Origin: the human T2T-CHM13v2.0 reference genome, Homo sapiens
Length of the DNA: 64,000 bases
Direction: 5' to 3' (one strand)
Assembly (NCBI RefSeq): GCF_009914755.1
Contig: NC_060946.1
Shown: positions 33,214 to 47,348 of the stretch, in pieces
Position numbering within the stretch: the stretch's first letter is position 1
How the letters are laid out: each line of letters starts with the position of its first letter
Made by a program: the position numbers and the translations under genes
Notes under the pieces: generated by a model
What the model saw: the letters and a program-made list of their open reading frames with translations, nothing else
What the model was told of the DNA's origin: nothing
Database searches by the model: none

Positions 33214-33759
33214 CTAATACTGATACACAGATTAGCCAGAAGGTACTCAGCTCTTTAGAAATAAAGGATCCCATTTTTACCTCAAATATTGACTTTGGCT
33301 CTCAGGTCCCCTCAAGCAACTATGTCAGTGATTTTTTTCCATACCTAAGTGTACAGGAAAAAAGAAACAAAGGAAGTAGAAAACACAAAAATCCCTGTGG
33401 ACTTCCAAAAGCCAAAGTTTACACCCCCTGCAATATTGCCATCTGCTACTGGTTTCTTTCTGACCCAGTCAGACAAAAGAGGCCCCTAACTGTATCCAAG
33501 CCAGTTAATTATCAGATACAATCCAATTGTAGACTCAGTTCAGTTTCTGTCAGAACTTCCAAACCCAGTGTTGATCAAAAATTTGCTCAAACAAACTCAG
33601 AGAACTCAAATCTCTGAGCAAATCTGTGGAGCCTCACAATCTGAGGGAGAACTTACCAAGATCCCCAGTTGCTGTGAGAGAGCAATGGAAACAACAGGCA
33701 CAGTGGGTAACTTGCTTGCTCACTTGGCACTTTGGGGGTTACTAGAAGTTCTAGCTCAG

Positions 33760-33777
33760 ATCCCACTTCTGACACCA
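33760..33777 (-). other. Primer-binding site complementary to tRNA-Leu
   Basis: Minus strand TGGTGTCAGAAGTGGGAT, 2 nt after the LTR; equals the complement of the recalled tRNA-Leu(CAA) 3' end ATCCCACTTCTGACACCA. Confidence 0.85.
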
Positions 33778-33823
33778 TCTGTTAAAAGAAAAACCTTAGC
33801 CAAATTAAATTTAACAGAGTTTA

Positions 33824-36800
33824 TGGTTTTTTTTTCCTGAGGATCAAGGCAGACAGGAGGAAGAACTAGATAGCAGCTTTCACTCAAACGGACCAGAGCA
33901 GCATGTGGAGTCTCTAGAACTATTGCAAGAATAATTCAGGAAAGCCAAGAGAACCCACAGACCCTCTTAAGGAAGTGGATTGCTCCTGCAGGACCTGGGA
34001 GACACCCCAATTACCGTGAGTGCCCAAACTGTGGGAGTGAGAAAGGGAGATTATCTGGCCCTGAATACACACCCTCACTGGGGAACCTGAAGTCTAGATC
34101 ACAGGAGAAGATTCTGACAATACCTGGAGCTGAGTCAATTTAGAGAGCCGAGGGAAATACGGGGGTAGGGGAAGCAGTGGGAAAAGCTCTGTGGGCTCTC
34201 TGGGTTCCCAGCGAAGCCATTTCTGAGTTGTCTCACAGGGTTACCTGGAGAGGGCTGCCAGAGGAACTGGGAAAAGGCCACAGAGAGAAGGAAACCTCCA
34301 GCTGAACTTTGCAACAATTCCAACCAAACAGGAAGTCTCCTGGCCAGAACTCAGGGGAGGGCGCCAATCCAGTGTGCAGACTCCACAGACAGGGAAGCCT
34401 AAAAGCCCTACTTGCTTTCGCAGCTGGGGGCTGGTAGCCTGGGGAAAGTTCTTGGCCCTGCTCGCAGACTGCGTGGAAACAGACTCAGTGCTGTTGTGGG
34501 GTGGGGCACGGTGAGAGTGAGACCAGCCTTCTGGGTTTCATGGGAGCTGGGTGAGGCCTGTGACTTCCAGCTTTCCCCCACTTCTCTGACAACCTGCATG
34601 ATACAGCAAAGGCAGCTACAATTCTCCTAGGAGCATAACTCCATTGACCTGGGAACCTCACTCCCATCCCCCACAGCAGCCGTAGCAAGATCTGCCCAAA
34701 GAGAGTCTGAGCTCAGACATGCCTAGCCCTGCCCTCGCCTGATGGTCCTTCCCTACCCACCCTGGTAGCTGAAGACAAAGGGCATATACGCTTTGGAGTT
34801 CGAAGGCCCCACGGCCCCACCCACCACCTGATCCTCCCCATACTACCACAGCTGATGCTGTCTTGAAAGTGTCACCTCCCAGCAGGAGGCCAATCAGCAC
34901 AAAAATAGTGCATTAAACAACCAAAACTAAGGACCCTCACAGAGTCCATATCGCCCCACTGGCACCTCCACCAGAGCAGGTGCTGGTATCCACAAAAAGA
35001 GACCCACAGATGGTTCACATCACAGAACTCTGTGCAGACAACCTCCAGTACTAGACAGGAACCTGGTAGACCTGCTGGGTGGCTAGATCCTGAAGGGAGA
35101 CAAGAATCACTACAGTATGGCTCTCAGGAAATCACATCCCTAGGAAAAGGGGGAGAGTACTACGTCAAGGTAACACTTTGTGGGATAAAAGAATCTGAAC
35201 AACAGCCTTGACCACTAGACCTTCCCTCTGACAGAGCCTACCCAAATGAGAAGGAACCAGAAAAGCAACTCTGGTAATATGACAAAACAAGTTCTTTAAC
35301 ACCCCCCAAAAAATCACACTAGCTCATCAGCAGTGGATCCAAACCAAGAAATCCCCAATCTGCCTGAAAAAGGTGTCAGCGAAACTAAGCTTCATAAATG
35401 AAGGAAAGACCGTCTTTTTCAGACAAACAAATGCTGAGAGAATTTGCCACTACCAAGCCAGCCCTACAAGAACTGCTAAAAGGAGCTCTATATCTTGAAA
35501 CAAATCCTGGAAACACATCAAAATAAAACCTCTTTAAAGCATAAATCTCATAGGACCTATAAAACAAAAATACAAATAAAAAGCAAAAAAACCAAGGTAT
35601 GCAGGCAACAAATAGCACAATGAATGGAATAGTACCTCACATCTCAAAACTAATGTTGAATTTAAATGGCCTAAATGTTCCATTTAAAAGATACAGAATC
35701 ACAGAATGGGTAAGAATTCACCAACAAACTATCTGTGGCTTTCAAGAGACTCACCTAACACATAAGGATTCACATAAACTTAAGATAAAGGGGTGGAAAA
35801 AGACATTCCATGCAAGTGGACACCAAAAGCAAGCAGGAGCAGCTATTCTCATATCAGACAAAACAAACTTTAAAGCAACAGCAGTTTAAAAACACAAAGA
35901 GACACATTATATAATGATAAAAGGCCTTATTCAACAGGAAAATATTACAATCCTAAATACATGTGCACCTAATACTGGAGGTCCCAAATTTATAAAACAA
36001 TTACTACCAGACCTAAGAAATGAGACAGACAGCAACATAATAATAGTGGGGGGCTTCAATATTCCACTAACAGCACTAGACAGGTCATCAAGACAGAAAG
36101 CCAATAAAGAAACAATAGATTTAAACTATACCCTGGAACAAATGGACTTAACAGATATTTACAGAACATTCTACCCAACAACCACAGAATATACATTCTA
36201 TTCATCAGCACATGAAATTTTCTTCAAGATAGACCATATGATAGGCCACCAAACAAGCCTCAATAACTTTAAGAAAACTGAAATTATATCAAGCACTCTC
36301 TCGGACCACAGTGGAATAAAACTGGAAATCAACTCCCAACGGAACCTTCAAAACCATGCAAATACATGGAAATTAAATAACCTGCCCTTGAATGATCATT
36401 GGGTCAACAATGAAATCAAGGTGGAAATTTAAAAATTCTTTGAACTGAATGACAACAGTGAACAACCTATCAAAACCTCCGGGATACAGCAAAGGCACTG
36501 CTAAGAGGAAAATTCATAGCCCTAAATGTCTATATTGAAAAATCTGAAAGAGCACAGACAATCTAAGGTCACACCACAGGAACTACAGAAACAAGAAAAA
36601 AACAAACCCAAACCCAGCAGAAGAAAGGAAATAACCAAGATCAGAGCAGAACTAAATAAAATTGAAACAAAAATATTCAAAAGATAAATAAAAAAGCTGG
36701 TTCTTTGAAAAGATAAATAAAATTGATAGACCATTAGCAAGATTAACCAAGAAAAGAAGAGAGAAAATCCAAATAAGCTCAATTAGAAACGAAATGGGAG

Positions 36801-39633
36801 AAATTACAACTGACACCACAGAAATACAAAAGATCATTCAAGGCTACTATGAACACCTTTACATGCATAAACTAGAAAACCTAGAGGAGATGGATAAATT
36901 CCTGGAATGATACAACCCTCCTAGCTTAAATCAGGAAGAATTAGATAGCATGAGCAGACCAATAACAACAGCGAGATTGAAATGGTAATTTAAAAATTAC
37001 CAACCAAAAAAAGTCCAGGGCCAGATGGATTCACAGCTGAATTCTATCAGACATTCAAAGAAGAGTTGGTACCATCCTATTGACACTATTCCACAAGATA
37101 AAGAGAGAATCCTCCCTAAATCATTCTATGAATCCAGTATCACCCTAATACCAAAACCAAGAAAGAATGTAACCAAAAAAGAAAACTACAGACCAACATC
37201 CCTGATGTACATAGATGCAAAAATCCTTAACAAAATACTAGCTAACTGAATCCAATGACATTTCAAAAGGATAATTCACCATGATCAAGTGGGCTCCATA
37301 CCAGGGATGCAGGGATGATTTAACATACGCAAGTGAATAAATGTGATACACCACATAAACAGAGTTAAAAACAAAAATCACATGATTATCTCAATAGATG
37401 CAGAAAAAGCATTCAACAAAATCTAGTATCCCTTTATGATTAAAACTCTCAGCAAAATCGGCATGCAAGGGACATGCCTCAATGTAATAAAAGCCATCTC
37501 TGACAAACCCACAGCCAGCATAATACTGAATGGGGAAAAGTTTAAAACATTCCCTCTGAGAACTGGAACAAGACAAGGATGCCACTCTCACCACTTCCCT
37601 TTAACATAGTACTGGGAGTCCTAGCCACAGCAATCAGATGAGAGAAAGAAATAAAGGGCATCCACATCAGTAAAGAGGAAGTCAAACTGTCACTGTTTGC
37701 TGATGATATGACTGTATACCTAGAAAACCCTAAAGACTCCTCCAAAAAGCTCCTAGAACTGAAAAAAGAATTCAGCAAAGTTTCTGGATACAAAATTAAT
37801 GCACACAAATCAGTAGCTCTCCTATATACCAACAGCAACCAAGCTGAAAATCAGATCAAGAACTCAACCCATTTTACAATAGCTGCAAACAAATGAAATA
37901 CTTAGGAATATACCTAACCAAGAATGTAAAAGACCTCTACAAGGAAAACTACAAAACAGTGCTGAAAGAAATCATAGATGACACAAATGGAAACACATTC
38001 CATGCTCATGGATGGGTAGAATCAATATTGTGAAAATGACCGTACTGCCAAAAGCAATCTACAAATTCAATGAAATTCCCATCAAAATACTAGCATCATT
38101 CTTCACAGAACTAGAAAAAACAATCCTAAGACTCATATGAAACAAAAAAAGAGCCCACATAGCCAAAGCAAGACTAAGCAAAAAGGACAAGTCTGGAGGC
38201 ATCACATTACCTGATTTCAAACTATACTATAAGGTCACAGTCACCAAAACAGCATGGCACTGGTATAAAAATAGGCACACAGAACAATGGAACAGAATAG
38301 AAAACCCAGAAATAAACCCAAATACTTATCTTTGACAAAGCAAACAAATACATAAAGTGGGAAAAGGACACCCTATTCAACTAATGGTGCTGGGATAATT
38401 GGCAAGCCACATGTAGGAAGATGAAACTGGATTCTCATCTCTCACCTTACACAAAAATCAACTCAAGATGGATCAAGGACTTAAATCTAAGACCTGAAAC
38501 TGTAAAAATTCTAGAAGATAAAATCAGAAAACCCCTTCTACACCTTGGCTTAGGCAAGGATTTCATGACCAAGAACCCAAAAGCAAATTCAATAAAAACA
38601 AAGATAAATAGCTGGGACTTAATTAAACTAAAGAGCTTTTGCACAGCAAAAGCAACAGTCAGCAGAGTAAAGAGACAACTCACAGAGTGGGAGAAAATCT
38701 TCACAATCTATACATCTGACAAAGAACAAGTATCCAGAATCTACAGCAAACTCAAACAAATTAACAAGAAAACACAATCCCATCAAAAAGTGGGCTAAGG
38801 ACATGAATAGAAAATTCTCAAAAGAAGATACACAAATGGCCAACAAACACATGAAAAAATGCTCAACATCACTATGATCAGGGAAATGAAAATCAAAACC
38901 ACAATGTGATACCACCTTACTCCTGCAAGAATGGCTGTAATAAAAAAAATCAAAAAATAATATATGTTGGTGTGGATGCAGTGAACAGGGAACACTTCTA
39001 CACTGCTGGTGGGAATGTAAACTAGTACAGCCACTATGGAAAACAGTGTGGAGATTCCTTAAAGAACTAAAAGTAGAACTACCATTTGATCCAGCAATCC
39101 CACTACTGGGTATGTACCCAGAGAAAAATCAGCCATTATACAAAAAAGATATTTGCACATGCATGTTTATAGCAGCACAATTCGCAACTGCAAAAATGTG
39201 GAACCAACCCAAATGCCCATCAATGAGTGGATAAAGAAACTGTGGTTTATACATACAATGCAATACTACTCAGCCATAAAAAAGGAATGAATTAATGGCA
39301 TTCGCAGCAACATGGATGAGAATGGAGACTGCTATTCTAAGTGAAGTAACTCAGGAATGGAAAACCAAAATTGTATGTTCTCACTCATAAGTGGAGCTAA
39401 ACTATGAGGATGCAAAGGCATAAGAATGACACAATGGACTTTGGGGATTCTGCGGGAAAGGGTGGGAAGGGGATGAGGGAAAAAAGACTACAAATTGAGT
39501 GCAGTGTATACTGCTCAGGTGATGGGTGCACTAAAATCTCACAAATCATCGCTAAAGAACTTACTCATATAACCAAACACCACCTGTTCCCCAATAACCT
39601 ATGGAAATAAAAAAATTAAAAATAAATTAAAAA
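33824..39633 (+). mobile_element. Near full-length, inactivated L1PB (L1PB1-like)
   Basis: 5'UTR; ORF1 ATG 35246 with internal deletion at ~35372; ORF2 ATG 35620 with endonuclease motifs (QETH, SDH) and RT LFADDM at 37693-37710; many stops and frameshifts; 23-bp direct repeat 33801-33823 / 39634-39656. Confidence 0.92.
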
Positions 39634-41052
39634 CAAATTAAATTTAACAGAGTTTAATTGAGCAAAGAACAATTCATGAATCAGGCAGCCTCCTGAGCCA
39701 GAATAGGCTCAGGGAGACTCCAGTACAACCACATGGTGGAAGAAGATTTATGGACAGAAAAAAGAAAGTGGCATACAGAAAACAAAAGTGAGGTAAAGAA
39801 ATGGCCAGGTTGGGTACAGCCTAGCATTTGCCTTATTTGAACATGGTTTGAACAATTGGCCCCCTTTAACTGGACAAAACTCAGTGGTTGGCACAAGAGT
39901 AGGTTACAGTCTGTTTACACCTCCATTTAGGTTATAGTTCATTATGTAGAGAAACTTTTAAGACAACGTTAAAATATGTAAGGAGGCAACTTTAGGTTAA
40001 ACTTCATTTAACTGCTGTGTGGGATGGCATTTGTGCCTTTGGGCTGTGGGGTTGAATGACCAGCTGCTTTTTCCAGACTGGCTCCCACACCTCTTAGGTC
40101 CCAGAGGCTGATAATGGTATAATTAATGGGCATTTGAGAATAGAGGCAAGGATGTGGTCCTCAGGACTTCTCAGTCCCAGCATAGGCTATCTGTGTTCCT
40201 GCCCCTCCCCTTGTAACAGAGGCTCCTCTGTCCCTGTCTGATGAGTTCCTTCATTTCTGCTTCCTCCTCAGCCTCTGCTGCAGGGGTGGGAACACAGGAG
40301 ACACTGGCATGGAGGCTGCCCAGCAGGATGACACCCAGAAGACGTCACAATGCACACTGCTGGGAGCCCGATCTGAATGAACACAGGGTCGTCTCATCTT
40401 CCAGGAGGGAATGATTCCCAGGAGCTGACCATGGTACTAAGCCAGGTAAGCAGGCCTCAGGGGACAGGCCAGCGCTGCATGGACATCTGGGTGATGTTCA
40501 AGCCCCTCAGTTAGGTGTTTCCCCTAGTTTGGCCTAGAGAAGTGAATGGCAACCTCCCTGTGATTTCTAGGCTCTCCTCCTGGACAGCACCAAAAATGTG
40601 CCTTCAAGGGCCCCAGGACAGCCTTACTGTGGGCCAAGTGCAGTGAAACTGGGAGTTGCCTCGAGAAGACACTCCCCAAGAGATTGCCAAAGAGAATGGT
40701 GCCTATTTCCATGACTCAAAGGGCTTCCTCTGTCCTCCAAAGAGCGGTGTTTGGAGCGTAGAGGTGAAATGTTCAGAGGATCAGGGACCATCTGCCCTAG
40801 ACCCATAGGGACAGAGAAGGGTGAGCAATTACTGCAGCACCCCAGGGAGGGTCAAGTTCTTGTAACACCACCTCCGCCGGCCAGTTACAGGGATCTGGGC
40901 ATGCTAAGGTCAGTTCTTTCTTATTAAGAGTAAGCCCATGGGTCTTCACACTGGACTCGTGGAGGCTGAGATGTTGTGAGTCCCTACACAGGCTTCCCTC
41001 CTGTGCCATGGCCTGCCTGCCTCCTGACCTTTGCCTATTCCCTCTGTTCTAG

Positions 41053-41355
41053 ATGTAGGCAAGGAGACCAAGAGCTGCACCTGGATGATCTGGGACATGT
41101 TCTGTGGACTGGAGTCAGGAGGGCCCCAAAGTGGCCCCAGCAAAGGCAACAGAGGAGGTAGAGCATGGTGACACGTTGCAAAGTGCAAAGGCGCTGGCCC
41201 TGGGAGAGGCAACTGAGAAAGTAGAGGTTGCTGAGAAGACGGAAGGTACAGAGTGGGGCAACATGTCAGACAATCCCTACTGGAGGAGAGTTGTGGGCAT
41301 CAGTGGGATCATCCTGATCATGCTCAAGGTCCTTGGCGTCATCTACTTTGCCTGA
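41053..41355 (+). pseudogene. SGLT-like terminal exon 15 (frameshifted)
   Basis: Acceptor 'ccctctgttctag|', phase 1; KSCTWMIWDMFCGLE, frameshift at ~41115, QEGPKV...MSDNPYWRRVVGISGIILIMLKVLGVIYFA* vs SGLT1 [22 protein letters not shown]...[30 protein letters not shown]. Confidence 0.9.
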
Positions 41356-41475
41356 AGCAGCTGGGCTGGGGCCGTCCAGGAGGAGGCAGAGCTGCTGCTT
41401 CTCCAGGATCATCATGAACAGGGACAAAGCGTTTCCTACTGGGAGACCCATGGGCCTGGGACCAAGGATTACATT

Positions 41476-41481
41476 AATAAA
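41476..41481 (+). terminator. Candidate polyadenylation signal of the SGLT-like relic
   Basis: AATAAA 120 nt after the TGA, followed by GT-rich 'tgttcccttggtgtc'. Confidence 0.5.
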
Positions 41482-43099
41482 AATGTTCCCTTGGTGTCAT
41501 GCATCAAGGGCTACCAGCAGCAGCACACACATGCCGTGTGGCAGGACAGAGCAAAGTCCATTCGCCATTACAGAAAGTATGCAAATGAGAACATCTGTTC
41601 CTTTACAAAATGAGTCATTTTCTCCAAATGGCTGCACTGCATAAACACTTTCACTTTAAATTTAATTTTGGCTTTTCATCTCTATATATATTTGGAATTT
41701 TTGCTTGTGTTTACTTCACTGTCACCAATTCTTTCATGTACCCAACTTCCATTGCTTGGTTCTCTCCTTATTTTCCAAGGTATGTCCCTGCTGGCCAAGA
41801 TGCCGAGTTGTGGAAGCCCCACCCCACCCCTGCAAGGGAATCTCACCTGTAGGTGCTCTCCAGCACTGATGACCACACAGGCCATGGGGAAACAGGTGCC
41901 AGGGATGGAAGCTTTGGCCCCTGCCTGAACCTCAGTGGGACTGAGGCAGGCTCTGCTTTAATAGAACAGGCCTCCCCACCACTCAACTCTGTTTAGCTTC
42001 TGCTGTGCTGCATCCCTTGAGGGCAGATTAAGAAGAAACTCCCTCCAGGCCAGCTCTCCCCAGTCACACTCACAGCCTGCCTGGCATCGTGACATTCTTG
42101 GGAGTTGGCCCCCTAGGTTAGATCCACTTGAGCTATCAGATAGAGGACACTCCTCAGCCGTGTTTCCATAGGGGTTCCCTAAACCTCTCCTTCACTTTTC
42201 TTCTTCCCAGTCCAAAATAAATGATTTGTGTCTTTAGGAAAAGTTCCAGGTGCCTTGAAGTTATTTCATCATGAGAATCACGCTCTGAAGGTATATTCAC
42301 ATGACCAGCCCTCATCCTTTCTCTAATCCTTCAGCTGACACTTTTGAGTGTCTAATATGTGCCAGCCACCATGTCGAGCTCGAAGAAAATAACCGTGAAC
42401 AAAGCACAGGGGAACTTCTCTCTGGAGTATATGGTGTATGGTGGAAAATAAGCAATCACAGCAATAGCCAGCATTTCATGTGTCCTGCTGTCTTCAGGCA
42501 AGCCCAGGGTAAGTGCATTATCATATTCAAGCCACAGAACCACCCTTGTGGAGGGACAAGAATTAGCCACGTTTCACAGGATGCAGTGTGTGCACTGCAA
42601 GAGAATCCAGCAGAAACCTCCATCTAGCCTCAGAGTCAGGGAAAGAGGGAATCAGTTGGATGGATAACAGAAGGGACATGTGTGAGAAGACATGCAGCAA
42701 GAGTACAAGGTATGTTTGAGGATGCTGAGATACGGCATGTGCATGGAGAACAGTGGGAGGGAGGGAGTCGGAAGCCTGACCAGCAGGCCTTGTATGCTTT
42801 GGGGGCCTACGTCCCTGGAAGTGTAGGCAAGGAAGTGATAGGATCAGATTTGCTTCCTGCTGCTGGGAAGATAAAAGTGAGACAGGAACACCCACCAGGA
42901 CACTGCTAGAGCAAAGCAGGCAAGTTGGTGGCAGAGAGGTAAAGAGGTGGAGACCTTTGGAGGGAGGGGCCAGGGATGACTCTCTGGCTGGAGCAGGTGA
43001 ATGAAGGGGGCACCTGCTTCATTCAATGAAGGTGAATGAAGAGTAAGTGCAGGTATGGGGAAAAGATGAACTCATTTCTGATATGTAGAATTTGAGCTG

Positions 43100-44275
<1,176 letters not shown>

Positions 44276-44700
44276 TGGAGACATTTAAGGGTAGATGTTA
44301 AGTTGAACATAAGAATCCAGAACTCAGGAGAGAGGCTGGGGCTGGAGTCCCAGATCTGGGGGAGACAGGGGAGAGAGATCAGGCCCAGCTCAGAAGGGAA
44401 CCTGGTAGAGAAAGCCCAAAGCCAGGCAGATGAGATTGCACAGGGAAAGTGGGAGAAGAGAGAGCCTAGAACAGAGGCATGAGAAGCATCAGCACCACTA
44501 GCCATGTAAAGAAAGAGGGTTCTACAGAGGAGACCAAGAGCACAGGGTCTTGCAGCAGGGAGTTTGATGATCTTGGCCAGAGCCTGTGGAAGGGGTAGAG
44601 CCAGCCTGCTGTGTTAAGGCAGGACTGGAACATGAGGAAATGGACATGAGGAAATGTTTCCTGAAGGAGAAAAGGTTTCCTCTTAGGGGGCCTTTTTTAA

Positions 44701-44997
<297 letters not shown>

Positions 44998-46294
44998 TAG
45001 GGGCAGCTTTTTTGAGAATGGGGATGAACCTGAAACCCCAGCTGGGCCCAGCTGCCTGTCCCTTCCACAACAAGAGGCCCTACTTGGATTCATCCTGTGA
45101 TTCCAAGGACAATAACTTCCCTGTGTTTCTTCTGGGAAAGTGAGGGCCCCTGGGGCTCACTGAAAGGACTGCAAGAAGGGGCTCCCTTTGAGATTCTGGC
45201 TTTGCTGAAAGGTTTATTCTGGGAGGAGTGGGCACCTCACAGGAAATATGACTGCCAAGGGGTGATGTGAATGAGGGAAACCTTCGAGAGAGAGAGAGCC
45301 TCAGAAAGCTCCTGGAGAAAGAGTAAGGCTCCAGCTCAGACCCAGATGAAAGGGCCCAGCCCGGAAGCTGAGTTCTGCTCTAGCATCTCCTCCAACAGAG
45401 GCCAGGACAGGCTGCTTCTCCCCCGAAACGAGGAGATCCATTGCCTCACTAGACCATGCAGAGATGAGTAGGAGGAGATTAAGGAGCTCTCCCAGTCACT
45501 CCCCAACCTCAGCCCCATGCCCCATAGCCCCCTGAAGCTGGGCTTCTCCCCTCCTCCACCTCTCAGCCCACCTCTCTCTCCTTGCCTAAGCTCCCAGCCT
45601 GCTTGTCACCTTCACTGCAGGGAAGGAGCCCAGATGAAGGCACAGGCAGAAGAGGGCTGCCCTGGGGGCCACATACACCCAAAGGGAGAGAATGGAGGGT
45701 GGGATGGGCTTCAGGCCAACCTGGGGGCGTGCTTGAGTGACTTCCTTGCTTTGGAGAAGAATGCGGCTGTTTGGGGTAAGACGTTAACGAGGAAACCAGA
45801 ATCTACCCCTGTCCTGAGCACTCATCCCTGGGGGAGCCTCTATGACTGAGTCACCTTCTCCACGAAGAACCTGCATGGGGTTTCACCTATCACCTTCCTT
45901 CCCATCACCCAGGGTGGGGAAGGGACAGACCTGGCTGAGCAGAGCCACACCCAGCCACACCCCAGGGGTCAATCACTGGATCTTCTGAAACCTGGGTGGT
46001 GCCTGGCGCATCTGGGTTCCTTCCTTCCCCAGCCCAAGTCCCTGCCCCCAGCCTTGTCTCTGGAGGGCTCAGCCCTACTCTCTACCTTCTGAGGGGAACT
46101 CTTGGCCCCAGGAGAGAGAGCACAACTCCAAGGCCACCTCCCACCCATTCCCCGCACTGGGTTCAGCCTGTGCCACCCAGACCCGGTGCTTCTGGGCCTC
46201 GCATTTCCCCTCTGGCAGGAGAGCAAGAAAAGATGTGACTGTGCTCCAGGAACAGAAAGTGCCATTCGGACCCGAGATAAAGAGACTTAGCACA

Positions 46295-46300
46295 TTTATT
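46295..46300 (-). terminator. RSPH14: RSPH14 polyadenylation signal
   Basis: AATAAA on the minus strand 24 nt downstream of the stop. Confidence 0.8.
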
Positions 46301-46324
46301 CACTCACAGAGGTGAATGAAGGGC

Positions 46325-46581
46325 TCAGGGTTTGAACTCGATGACACTGATGGCGATCCGGGCTGCCCGCTGTAAGGCTTCGGCCACTTGAGGCTTTTCG
46401 TAAGTCTCCACCTCCATGGCACGGAAAGTGGGCACGTGCGTCTGCAGGGCCTTGCGGCCCTCGGGGGCCTCTGCCAGCATGGTAAGGGCCTTGGTGGCAT
46501 TCAGGCGCGCTATGGTCATGGGGGAGTGCAGCAGCTCCAGGAGCAGGCCGATGGCTTGTGCCTCCAGGGCCGCATACTTCC
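46325..46581 (-). CDS. RSPH14: Radial spoke head 14 homolog, last coding exon (ARM repeats)
   Basis: 'cctgcag|GG AAG TAT' = [18 protein letters not shown]...ISVIEFKP*; 257 nt; phase matches the upstream exon. Confidence 0.93.
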
Positions 46582-46827
46582 CTGCAGGCCACCAACACAA
46601 GGCGTTCCAAACAGCCCAAGGGGCCCTCTTCTCACCCCCTCTCACCCTAGCCCTCTCCTGACCCTCCTCCTTGTGCAGTCTCAAGGGGTTTATGCCTGGT
46701 TTATGCCCCACCAACATGCCCTCACCCTCAGGGCTCTTGCACCTTCGCTGAGTCCGGCCTGGGCCTGGCCTCTTCATCTCCTGCCTTTCCGGCCTCAACT
46801 GGCTCCTCTCCATCCACCCTCGTATCC

Positions 46828-47348
46828 TGCCCAGGAGTTCAAGACCAGCCTGGGCAACATAATGAGATTCCATCTCTACAAAAATTTAAAAATTATCCAG
46901 ATGTAGTGACAGGTGCCTACAGTCCCAGCTACTCAGGAGACTGAGCGGGGAGGATCACTAGAGCCTGGGAGTTTGAGGCTGCAGTGATCGTGACATCGTA
47001 CTCTAGCCTGGGTGACACACTGAGACACTGGCTCTTTAAAAAAAGTAAGCCCAGCTGGGCGCGGTGGCTCACGCCTGTAATCCCAGCACTTTGGGAGGCC
47101 GAGGCTGGTGGATCACGAGGTCAGGAGATTGTGACCATCCTGGCTAACACAGTGAAACCCCGTCTCTATTAAAAATACAAAAAATTAGCCGGGCATGGTG
47201 GCAGGCGCCTGTAGTCCCAGCTACTCAGGAGGCTGAGGCAGGAGAATGCGTGAACCTGGGAGGCGGAGCTTGCAGTGAGCCAAGATGGTGCCACTGCACT
47301 CCAGCCTGGGCGACAGAGCGAGACTCCATCTCAAAAAAAAAAAAAAAG
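46828..47348 (+). repeat. AluJ fragment (46828-47044) and AluY (47053-47348)
   Basis: Alu bodies and tails in an RSPH14 intron. Confidence 0.9.

Noticed and set aside
35599-39234. L1 endonuclease/RT ORF pieces as an active element
   Set aside because: ORF2 is broken by many stops and frameshifts, and ORF1 is deleted.
46325-46873. 182-aa ORF as a single-exon gene
   Set aside because: Its N-terminus is intronic Alu sequence; only 46581-46325 is the RSPH14 exon.
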